Source: Giardia intestinalis
Lineage: Eukaryota
Strand: one strand, 5' to 3'
Assembly (NCBI GenBank): GCA_000002435.2
Contig: CM018792.1
DNA: 64,000 nt
In this document: one piece after another, positions 8,969-18,700 of the stretch
How positions within the stretch are numbered: the first letter of the stretch is position 1
Layout of the letters: every line of letters starts with the position of its first letter
Notes under the pieces: generated by a model
What the model was told of the DNA's origin: nothing
What the model saw: the letters and a program-made list of their open reading frames with translations, nothing else
Databases searched by the model: none
Position numbers and translations under genes: made by a program

Positions 8969-11900
8969 TCATATGCATAGACGGTCGAGCTGCGCCAAGA
9001 TAGGAGTATTAGGCGGTAGGTATGCGCGTATTCGCATCCCTATATTTTTCTTATTGATAGATGCTTGGGAGGGGTCGTATCCCAGTGATCCCAGCTCGCT
9101 GTATTTGCGAACGAGAGCAATCATGTAGTAGCATAGAACCTTTGACACATAGGAGAAGTCCTCTTTTAGAAGATCAGGAACAGGTATGGATTCCATAACA
9201 GCTGCTGTGTCTATCTGGGTGTTCCCTACCGTGCTTACTCCACCTTGATGCAGCCCCAGCACCTTCCAAATAGAGTCAATGCTGTGTATAAGGTTGGCAA
9301 CAAGGGCTTTTTCGCGTATTGTCACAACATCTGTTGTAAATAAGTTCAGGACAAATTGGGCAGCCAATCTTTCATATTGCTGCTTTGGATCGTATGTCTT
9401 GTACCTGTTTGTTGTGAGTAGCGCAAAAATGGTCATAGGGATGACAAAGTCAAAGGAGGTCAGCTGCAGGTCCGAGCACATCTCTACTATGCTCCGGAAC
9501 ACCTGAGCTGCCTGGCCAATCACATTGGCTGCCTCAAGATCTGAAGAACTGAGACTGTCACTGCGGACGATACCTCTGGTGATGCCTCTGTGGGGGTCAT
9601 TGAGCAGACTCTCCTGTCTAAAGACAAAGCCAGGGAGGGTGGTGCTCGTCAATGCAGCCACCCAATAGCCGCCTAGGGCTGAGCGCTCTTGATTGGGCGT
9701 TGCGCTGGACAACAATATATATACCCCGATGTCACTCAATCGCAGGGGCACTACGCACTGGGTATATAATTCTTGGAGCGGTTTGATGCCGTCTGTGTCC
9801 AGCTGAGTAATGTATTTAGAGACATCCCCATCCTTTATGTTCTGCACCCTGCGAAGCACTACCAGTTGCACACGAGCCGCGACCAGGGTTTCTTTAATCG
9901 ACACCAAGAGCTTCTGCGGGGTAACACCCTGGTCATCTGCTCTACCCTTGTCTGTAGTGGCATAAATATTTCTGGGATAAGCTGCACTCATGGCTCCCTC
10001 CACTCCGAAGGTAGCATCTGCGGCACTGGATTGTCCCGACATACCAAACGGCTGGCTTTCCACCCCTACCAATGGAGCATTTCCAACGGTTCGATATGCC
10101 GTCTGAGCACTAGTTGGCTGTGCAAGTCCGCCACTCTCCAGCTTCGCAAGGGCATCAGATAACATGTTGATACGATCCTGTAGCGTCAGGTATCCCAGCT
10201 GGACCGTGCCATTGACGATTGATGGGAAGATAGCCTGAGTTTTTGCCTCTGTGGCCTTTCTAAACATCGCAACACATATTTTGTCATTGGAGCGTTTCTC
10301 CAAATACCTGAAATAGAGGTAAAAGTTCTGCGTCTTTAAGAAACTCTCTATGTAAGGCGAGACGGCCATTATTAGCCCTAGCGAGGCCCTATTTTCAATA
10401 ATCTTTAAAACGGTGACTACTGCTACACTTGTATCGCATTGTGAGTCTTCTTGGAGAGCTTTCAAAATGCATGCTGCAGTGTAGTAGTGCGCATACAAGA
10501 AGTAGTACAACTGCATCTGCCAGACTTTGGATGGACACTGAGTAATGGCCACACGAAGAACGGTGACAATCTGTCCAGACGCTGTCCCCGACGTTGCGCT
10601 TGCGGCGGTATGGATTGACCGCAGGGGGACGCCGGTTAGAGCAAAGAGGCTATCTGCATCGTGCACTCCAGACTCCACATCCGCAGCCATTTCAGTGAAG
10701 GTGCCTGGCCTGCCAAATTGGGTGTATCCACCAAAGTGACTGAATGCAGCACCGGAGAGATCTCTCAACCCGTTGGTTCCGTGCATAGCTGAGCCCTGGG
10801 GTCTCAATAGCTCGTATATCCCTGCTAAAAGATAGCCCTGACTGAGGATATCAAGGGCTTTGCTGCAGAGATTGCAAACTTTTGATATCGAGGCTTGCCA
10901 ATCTTTCCTGGGAATCGTAGACATAAGAAGCTCATTGTGTACCAACGCATCAAAGCCGTTGTCAATTTGAAAGGGGAATTTGACAATTCCAGAGTCTATG
11001 CTAGCTTGAAGCTCCTTGAGCCGTGTAAAAGGCCCTTGGCCAACTGTCTGATGGCAGCAACCTTTATAATAATCATATGCACGATTAATATTTGTCTGTA
11101 GAACTTTGTGAAATACGTCTTTTAACGAGCCTTCCAACTCTGGAGAACCTTGAGGGTTCCCCTGAGGCGCCATGAGATTATATGCGCGACCCTTGTGTCC
11201 ATAGGCTCCCTGGACAAGCCCTGCATTTTGTTCTGCATGAATACCGAGAGGCCCCTTGATGCTAGCCAACTTGCCATCATCTCCCAGAGCGTCCAATAAA
11301 GCAGTTTCGTCATCAAAGACCCTTATTAGAAGCAGTACGATGCACGCGGAGAAGTTCCCCATCCCTTTCAGGACATCGAGGATTGGCTCAATGGGCTCGA
11401 TGCTTGATTGAGAGCGCACCAGTGTATCTATGGCCCTGCGAATTATCAAATTCCGCCGCTCTGGAGGTAGTCTCTTGGCCTGCTCTAGCTGCTGCAGAAC
11501 CTGGATTCGCACACTATAGACACTGTGCAGGACCTGACAGTGCTCTTTGAGCTGCGCTGAAAAATCACAGTTCACGCCGTAGCGCAAAGACGCCGCCCGT
11601 AACAGCGAGTGGTTATGGCGACTAATACTGGAGGCCCCAGGAATCTCTGTCACGTCGCCTACAGAGAGTGTACGAATAATTTCATCCAAAAGGACCCGGG
11701 TTTCAGGGAGAAATATGCCGTGAATAGAGAGAAGGTCGCAATATATGCCGCACGACAAGCCATCATATACACTGGTGGAAAGCGTATTCACGCTCTGCTG
11801 CTTATTCCTCTTGCTGTTTTTCTGGGTGGCCATGGCGCCATCATGTCCGCTTGAAAATACCATTGGGTGTCCATGGAGCCGGGCAAAGTTGTTCAAGCAC

Positions 11901-14530
11901 GTGCTAGCATAGATTATTCTGGACGGATGAATGATTAGGCTGACGAATCCGATTGCTTCTGAGATGCTTCCCAATGATTCAAAGATCGTTTCCACCTTGT
12001 CAGCGTCTTGCTGTGCGCTATCCACAACAATCAATCGATTGTAGTTGATTTGCATAAAGCGCAGCAGTTGGTTGAGTCGTTCTCTAACACCTAGAAGCTC
12101 GTCCATGGTCCACGTCAAGGATGCCATTGTGTGAGAGCTATCCAGAAAGAGAGGGACCCCTTGAGTCGAGGCTTGAAAGGAAAGATTCTTTGTGAGTGTG
12201 GTGGTGGATAGTCTAGTCGACGACGCACGGAAGATGGACTTTGTACTTATATGGGATGTAGATACAGCCCGGTTTGCAGGGTGCGTATCAATGATACCCT
12301 CTTTATAAGCGCGACGACCCTCTTCGCTGAAGTCTATGCATACCCTTTGGCGTGCTGCTGAATGCGACCTTTTCTTTTCAGTGTAGGCAGCCCCTCCTTG
12401 GACTGTATTCTCGCTCTCTGTTCGTTGTGTAGCTTTAGAGAAGAATGTCGATAGGCGGTGCACTGCTCCATCTTTGTTATCTGACTCACCACTTTGAATC
12501 GCATAAGCGCGGGGAGCAGTTACTGGAGCCCCCTTCCAATAAGGGTATATCGACAACGGACCCATTAGGCGGGCAATGTAACGCTTCAAAGCTGCAATCT
12601 GGACACAGTTAACTGCAGTCATGCCCTCAAAGAAGTGCTGAGTCGCACACTCTGACACTTTCGAAGACGAGTATTGAGAAGCAATAGCAAGGAGCATGCA
12701 ATAGAATTCGTGATCTCCATAGAGATCCCTTTGCTTTGAGACATCAACTTTGTCGCGCAGGAGTGCGTGGAGCCTCTCTAGTGGAGTAGAAATGTTGTAA
12801 ACAATTATTGTCGAGGTTGTAATGATGGCTATTGTACGTGGAGAGTGAATATATTGGTAAAGCTGAGGATTCGAAGAAAGGTATGTGGTGGAAAGTGCGA
12901 GGCTCCCTGCTTGGGAAGAATCCAGTTCTACTACGTCTACGATCTTCTGCTGGTGTGGCTGTGGAGTAGCGCCCACTTGCGTCTGACCTCCACTAAAGAC
13001 ATCAAGCAACAGTTCTCTGGTGCACCTCTGGACACGTGGCTGGACAGAAATCTCGTTCACAGATCCACACACCGCACTTTGCTGGGATACATCATCGAAG
13101 AAACAGGCAACAGAGAGTCCACGAGAACGGAAAAAGCTTATGCACGAGGATCCAACAAGGCTTCTGATGCCTTGGAATGGCGTTCTAACCTGTTTGAGGA
13201 CCAGTTTGTCATAGTTGAAATCGTATGCCTGATTGTGCTTTGCATCCTGCTTGCCCATTGCAGCCATGAAGTCCGCATAGTACTCATTTTTGAGTGTGTA
13301 TGTGTCTTTGGCCACCCCGCAGGCCGATAGACTGTAATAGAGCTCTAGTCCTGTATCGGTCATTGCAACTAAAGTGAAGGTTACGCTTTCTGATAAAGTG
13401 ATTGGCCAAATTTGTACAATGGATGCCTGGGAGTCGTTGGAATACATGCTTAGATCCTTCTGGAATGAGGTGTATGGCTTTAGTTTGCGAAAAGATGATA
13501 TGCAGCTGTCATCAAAGACATATACGGTGATCCTGTTATCTTCGTGAAGTGTGTACAGGAGTCCTCTGGTATCATCTACTACTGCCTGTTTAATGGGCTT
13601 GGGCCGTAAAAGGTCTGAAATAAAGGGAACATGCGACAAGACTGGGATAGACGTATGATCTATCAACCGAGCCCTGCCGACTCCAGCACTACTGGAAGAA
13701 AAGCCGCCAGGCAAAATACCTCTTGCTGCCGAAAGAAGTCCAATATTTGAGAGAAGACCCTCATTTTGAGAACTATATACCACTTCTATGAGAGACCCGG
13801 TTGTTAATCCTGCGAAGAGTCTGCCTGTTTGAGTACCAACCAACTGGGTTACAGCGGCATCCGTGGGTAGGGTTACGCTTAGTTGTGACTCAGCGATGAT
13901 AAACCTTTCTTGCTGCAAAGTTGCTGCTAGGGTCTCTTCAGATGAGGAGCCAGCTGCCGACAGCCTAACACCGAAGGAGACTGTCTTCCTTTGAAGAAAC
14001 GCTTTTGTGGTTACGTCGGTATCTATGCTTGGCGCACCACGAGACATAGCGGGAGGTTGCACTGCTGTGTTGTTGAGCGTGGAGGTGGCCTTTGGGTAGG
14101 TTACTGGATAGAGCTTAATTTGGTTTGTAAGCGCTACGGCCAAAAGGTACCGCGTTTCCACAGCAAACGTTAAGGGAGCTGGAGTAATTATTAAACAACA
14201 ATCTATATAAGCATCTAGTTCCAACCTAATTATGCGCCGGTTGTCGATGAGGTCAACGAGAATAAGTTCATTATCAATCGCAGTCCAGACGTAGTTGATT
14301 TCGGGCAAAAACCCCATACGCAGCTGCCGCTCAACGTTGTTACCAAGCGTAGTCAGGGCAGGGGGCAGATTGAACGTATGCTGTCTAATAAAGGCCCTCT
14401 CACCGGAACCGGGAGAAAGAACAACCTCTGATAGTCTCGGTAAGGCACACTCGAGGTCAGCTGCTACTGCGTCCTTCTCGTAGAGCTCCCTGCACGTCTT
14501 AAGGAGATCCACGACATGTGAGGCAGACAT
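8969..14530 (-). CDS. Nucleoporin Nup155/Nup170 family (1853 aa)
   Basis: The N-terminal segment NLPPALTTLGNNVERQLRMGFLPEINYVWTAIDNELILVD...CCLIITPAPLTFAVETRYLLAVALTNQIKLYPV lines up with the Nup155/Nup170 signature, recalled as LPPEL....MGvFPeI.R.W.TIDn.L.lWn ... v.kPk...F...v.hLLvlaT. The rest of the protein is long and helical, which fits an alpha-solenoid. ATG start with an AT-rich 100-bp divergent spacer. Confidence 0.65.
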   Translation of the reverse strand: MSASHVVDLLKTCRELYEKDAVAADLECALPRLSEVVLSPGSGERAFIRQHTFNLPPALTTLGNNVERQLRMGFLPEINYVWTAIDNELILVDLIDNRRIIRLELDAYIDCCLIITPAPLTFAVETRYLLAVALTNQIKLYPVTYPKATSTLNNTAVQPPAMSRGAPSIDTDVTTKAFLQRKTVSFGVRLSAAGSSSEETLAATLQQERFIIAESQLSVTLPTDAAVTQLVGTQTGRLFAGLTTGSLIEVVYSSQNEGLLSNIGLLSAARGILPGGFSSSSAGVGRARLIDHTSIPVLSHVPFISDLLRPKPIKQAVVDDTRGLLYTLHEDNRITVYVFDDSCISSFRKLKPYTSFQKDLSMYSNDSQASIVQIWPITLSESVTFTLVAMTDTGLELYYSLSACGVAKDTYTLKNEYYADFMAAMGKQDAKHNQAYDFNYDKLVLKQVRTPFQGIRSLVGSSCISFFRSRGLSVACFFDDVSQQSAVCGSVNEISVQPRVQRCTRELLLDVFSGGQTQVGATPQPHQQKIVDVVELDSSQAGSLALSTTYLSSNPQLYQYIHSPRTIAIITTSTIIVYNISTPLERLHALLRDKVDVSKQRDLYGDHEFYCMLLAIASQYSSSKVSECATQHFFEGMTAVNCVQIAALKRYIARLMGPLSIYPYWKGAPVTAPRAYAIQSGESDNKDGAVHRLSTFFSKATQRTESENTVQGGAAYTEKKRSHSAARQRVCIDFSEEGRRAYKEGIIDTHPANRAVSTSHISTKSIFRASSTRLSTTTLTKNLSFQASTQGVPLFLDSSHTMASLTWTMDELLGVRERLNQLLRFMQINYNRLIVVDSAQQDADKVETIFESLGSISEAIGFVSLIIHPSRIIYASTCLNNFARLHGHPMVFSSGHDGAMATQKNSKRNKQQSVNTLSTSVYDGLSCGIYCDLLSIHGIFLPETRVLLDEIIRTLSVGDVTEIPGASSISRHNHSLLRAASLRYGVNCDFSAQLKEHCQVLHSVYSVRIQVLQQLEQAKRLPPERRNLIIRRAIDTLVRSQSSIEPIEPILDVLKGMGNFSACIVLLLIRVFDDETALLDALGDDGKLASIKGPLGIHAEQNAGLVQGAYGHKGRAYNLMAPQGNPQGSPELEGSLKDVFHKVLQTNINRAYDYYKGCCHQTVGQGPFTRLKELQASIDSGIVKFPFQIDNGFDALVHNELLMSTIPRKDWQASISKVCNLCSKALDILSQGYLLAGIYELLRPQGSAMHGTNGLRDLSGAAFSHFGGYTQFGRPGTFTEMAADVESGVHDADSLFALTGVPLRSIHTAASATSGTASGQIVTVLRVAITQCPSKVWQMQLYYFLYAHYYTAACILKALQEDSQCDTSVAVVTVLKIIENRASLGLIMAVSPYIESFLKTQNFYLYFRYLEKRSNDKICVAMFRKATEAKTQAIFPSIVNGTVQLGYLTLQDRINMLSDALAKLESGGLAQPTSAQTAYRTVGNAPLVGVESQPFGMSGQSSAADATFGVEGAMSAAYPRNIYATTDKGRADDQGVTPQKLLVSIKETLVAARVQLVVLRRVQNIKDGDVSKYITQLDTDGIKPLQELYTQCVVPLRLSDIGVYILLSSATPNQERSALGGYWVAALTSTTLPGFVFRQESLLNDPHRGITRGIVRSDSLSSSDLEAANVIGQAAQVFRSIVEMCSDLQLTSFDFVIPMTIFALLTTNRYKTYDPKQQYERLAAQFVLNLFTTDVVTIREKALVANLIHSIDSIWKVLGLHQGGVSTVGNTQIDTAAVMESIPVPDLLKEDFSYVSKVLCYYMIALVRKYSELGSLGYDPSQASINKKNIGMRIRAYLPPNTPILAQLDRLCI

Positions 14531-14631
14531 TCTCTTGTTTTACATATTCCAGAATTTATTATTGCAATTTCAAGCAAAATTGCGTTTGTAGCTAATACAA
14601 AAACCCAGAATCTTTCACATTTAACAACGCG

Positions 14632-15417
14632 ATGTTATTGGGCCACGGACCAAATCCGATTACGGCATACCTTGCGCATCTTTCGGCCGTTCCGCTTGGA
14701 ATTTATAAGACAGGTTACAGCACTTCTGCAGACACCCAGGCGTCTACTTTTTCAAGACATTCGCAGCATTCGCAGAGTGCAGATTGTGGCACAGAAGCTG
14801 CATTTCACTCCACGAAAAGCGTAGAAGCGGAGCATTTTGAAACACCTCACGGCCTCAAGTACTCTGAGGAAGAGGGTTACAATCCTCAGCCACTAAGGAC
14901 TCACCTAACGTTTTCGAGTTTGTCATCAGCGGTTCATTCTGGAGACGCTAGCAGTCAGAGCAAGGCGAGCTGCTCTTCTACTGCTCGAACTGATCCCGTC
15001 ATTGACAACATTTCACCAGATCTTTGGCGGAAGATCTCTCGCATCAGTGCACTGTTGCAAAACGTCGCACTTTCTATGTCCCAGGCAAGGAGTTCCCCAG
15101 AGAGCAGCAGATTTATGTCGCGGCTATCTGAAAGCAACGCAGCTAGCTCCAAATTTTACACGTCCCTTGGAAGCTTTAGTACAAGCACGCGTGACTTTGA
15201 TCTGAAGCAGATTGCCAGCATGCTGAGCGAGGTGATTGATAGCAGCCTTCAAAACGGAAGATCCGACGGTGCATCTCCCTCCGATCCTGAACTAAATCGG
15301 GAGATAGATGAGTTGGTGGCACAATATAACGACATGGCCTCGCTTGCTATCTCTTTGGGATCAGAGGCTCCTCTTATATCCACTACAGCATCTGTGAAGC
15401 AAAGTTCCCCTGAATAG
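14632..15417 (+). CDS. Hypothetical Ser-rich protein (261 aa)
   Basis: ATG ORF divergent from the Nup155-like gene across a 101-bp AT-rich spacer. The protein is low-complexity and Ser-rich with no recognisable domain. Confidence 0.5.
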   Translation: MLLGHGPNPITAYLAHLSAVPLGIYKTGYSTSADTQASTFSRHSQHSQSADCGTEAAFHSTKSVEAEHFETPHGLKYSEEEGYNPQPLRTHLTFSSLSSAVHSGDASSQSKASCSSTARTDPVIDNISPDLWRKISRISALLQNVALSMSQARSSPESSRFMSRLSESNAASSKFYTSLGSFSTSTRDFDLKQIASMLSEVIDSSLQNGRSDGASPSDPELNREIDELVAQYNDMASLAISLGSEAPLISTTASVKQSSPE

Positions 15418-15766
15418 ATTCTCATGACAATTTGGTCTAAATCTTGAGCTGACGGGATTAAAGCTAAAGGGTGGCATAAGTGCCGTCGAAGCATGAGAAG
15501 AACTGCATGACTATCTGGTGTTCGGGATCTTATCCTATACCCATTAAAAATCTAAGTTATACTAGCACACACTTCTCATCGGCTAATATGCTTAAGGCTA
15601 CAATTGTCTCCCACACTGCAGCTACCTGTCCAGTTTCTCCAGCATAGCGAAAGGGCTTTCATGCTACTATCCTCGTTTTCATCAAAAAAGCAATCTGGCT
15701 GTAACATCAGTCATTGTTATTCCTTAAAATATAATTTGTTGTACTCTCTTCTGCACTCACTGCGGT

Positions 15767-18700
15767 ATGCCACCAGCTCACAATCGAAAGATCTGCGTGT
15801 CCGGTGCACAGGGCTTCCCCCCGCCCCCTAGTGACGCCTATCAGTTTACTACCATGGAGACTAAGCAGCCTCTTCATGAGTATTTTCCCCGCTGCCTGTA
15901 CTACACGTATCACTGGCTAAGCCCAATAATAAAGCTTATCAAACGGCAGGGAGCCATATATCCACGAGATGTGTACATACTTCCCCGTCATATGCGCGTT
16001 TCCGAGGCTTCAAGGCGACTGGTAGGTGCATGGAATCGAACTGTCGCCAGGGATGCTGCGCGCGGCAAAAAGCGCATGTCTTCCCTTATCTCGATATGTA
16101 TTCGTGCGTACAAGAGCAGCATGCTCATTATTTTCTGTCTTATTCCAGTTTACACATTTTTGGGCCTCGTTCCTTCAATTGCCTTGAACAACCTAACCAC
16201 CATTCTTGCAGAGGAGAACATTAGAAGGATATCGCTGGACTACTTGCTTACCACGGGCCAGCAGGCGTCCGTTACCTATCTCATCGGCCAGCTGTTCGCC
16301 AAGGCCGTCCCTTGGATTGGCCTCGTCTTTGTATCCCAGATAACCCTCGCGTTTCTCATCAATATATCCATGTTGAAGAACTTCGAGGTCAACACCATGA
16401 CGTCCCAGGCGCTTTCTGACCTGTTATATCGTAAGCTTCTCACTCTGTCTGAGCTCTCGCGCTCCTCCTCCATCAGTGGAAGCATTATTAATTTTATCTT
16501 TACTGACACCGGCAGAATCACGGACTTCCTTGCCTTCATCCCGATGTTCACTGCAGTCCCCTTCCGGCTCGTCTATTCTATCGTTATTCTCAGTACTACA
16601 ATCAACCCCTTAACGATGGTGGGGATCATTGGCGGGCTCACAACATCTCCACTGCTGGTTCTTTTCATCCGGCGCCAGCTCTGGTTCACTAAGCACTATA
16701 TGTGCTACAAGGACCTCCGAATAAAGCGTGCTACTGAGGTCCTCACAGGCATTCGTGTTATTAAGTATTTCTCAATGGAGAAACTGCAAGCAATTCGTCT
16801 TCATAGCGCTCGAGACCGCGAGTTGTCCCACCTAATTAACATAAAAATGAATAGCGCATACACCGTGATTGTCACGTCTACCACGGGGCCCTTGATGCTC
16901 ACTCTTGCGCTGACAACTCTAGCACTTGCGGGTTACCTTGACAATGCCACTGCGTACAGTGCAGCGCTCGTCATCAACACACTAAGCATGATATTCAACC
17001 AGCTTCCCCAGTTGTTAGCAAAGTTATTCGAAAGCCTGATTAGCAGTGATCGTCTCATAGCGTTTTTTAACTTACCAAACAAGGACGGACAAGTGTTCTG
17101 TTTGAGAACGCTGGAGGAGTGCTGTGCTCACTCCACAGACTCTGGACCTAGCATGCAAGATCGCGATGCATCGACAAATGAAGACAATGACGACAAGTGT
17201 GGTATAGGTAGTGGAGATGTTATCCTCAGTACTGTTGGAAATCCATCTTATTCGTGGGGCACTGCAAAACACCTTTCCTTGCCAATAATCCTCGATCCAT
17301 TATTTAAGCAGACGCAGGACACAATTAAGAAGTTTGCACGGCAGCTTCCGGTCCTTAATAATCAACTAGCTCGCGCACTAGCTACGCTTGATAGGGACCC
17401 TGCATATTCCATCCTACTCCGCTCTAACCCACTTACAGCACAGAGGGGGGTAGATGCCGATCAGTCCACTGACGATGAACAAGAGACCAGCTCTATTCTA
17501 TCGAGTGCCACTGACAGGCCTCTCGAACCTCGTAAAATTGGCCTACAGGACGATTGCTTACAAGCTGTCGTTGTCTTTACTCAATCGGTATCAGCTCAGG
17601 AGTGGGACGCGCTGCATAAACCAGTTACTACATCGTGTGTACATCTTGATAAATGGTGCAAGGACTGCGACACTATTCCCTTCTCTACTATTGACCAGAT
17701 CTCATCCTACAAGGAGACGTCTTACCTGCCACTACAAGAGGACAATCCGCTAACAGTCGTGAAGAAGATATATGTCCACTGCGCTGTCATGACCTTCTTC
17801 TTGACAGATCCCAAGTTTGACAGCCACCGAGCAAGCTTCAAGGTGGCTCGTGAGATACTTACGACCAAGGATAGCTTCCCTAATGTCATCAACAACTTAG
17901 ACTTCAAGGTGAAGCGAGGAGCCTTGGTCGGCATTCACGGGCGCGTTGGATCTGGAAAGAGTTCACTTCTTCTTGCACTGTTAGGAGAGCTCGCAAATAC
18001 AAGTCCAGAGAAGCAGGCCCGCATCCACTGCACCGCCAGCATTGCCTACTGTCCGCAGCTCCCGACTATTTTTTCTGGCACACTGAAATCCAATATATTA
18101 TTTTTTAAAGATTGTGACGAGGATAGATTGAAAAATGTTATTAAAATATGTGCTCTTGAGACAGATCTGAATAGCATGGCTCACGGTGTGGACACGGAAA
18201 TTGGTGAACGGGGCATCACATTGTCTGGTGGGCAAAAGGCAAGGATTGCGCTTGCACGCGCCGTGTACTCAGACGCGGACATATTTCTCCTGGACGATCC
18301 TCTTTCAGCAGTTGACGCCCATGTCGGCAGCACCCTATGGAATGATTGCATATTGAACTATCTTGTACGAGAGCAAGGGAAAACAGTGATAATTGTGTCG
18401 CATCAGATACACTTCTTCTCTGACTGCGATGATATTTATGAGATGAATAATGGACACCTAACTCGCATGACTCTCGAGGAGATGCGGAACCAGAATCTGA
18501 TTTCTGTCTCTTCTATGTTGACAGACACTGGTTCTCTGGCCAACGCCGCTACTAAGAGCACCCTACAACTTGATATTGGAGAAGCAGAACAGCCCGTTCC
18601 CCAGAAGGCGGTGCGAATGATAGAAGACGAAAAGCACGCCGCTATAGGCCGGGTTCAATTAGGTGTATACCACGCGTGGATAAAGGCAGGAGGCTACGGA

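Noticed and set aside
15418-15766. tRNA or other small RNA genes in the longer intergenic spacers, including 20492-20895 and 8717-8968
   Set aside because: I found no cloverleaf-compatible sequence with a GGTTCGANTCC-type T-loop or other conserved ncRNA motif by eye.
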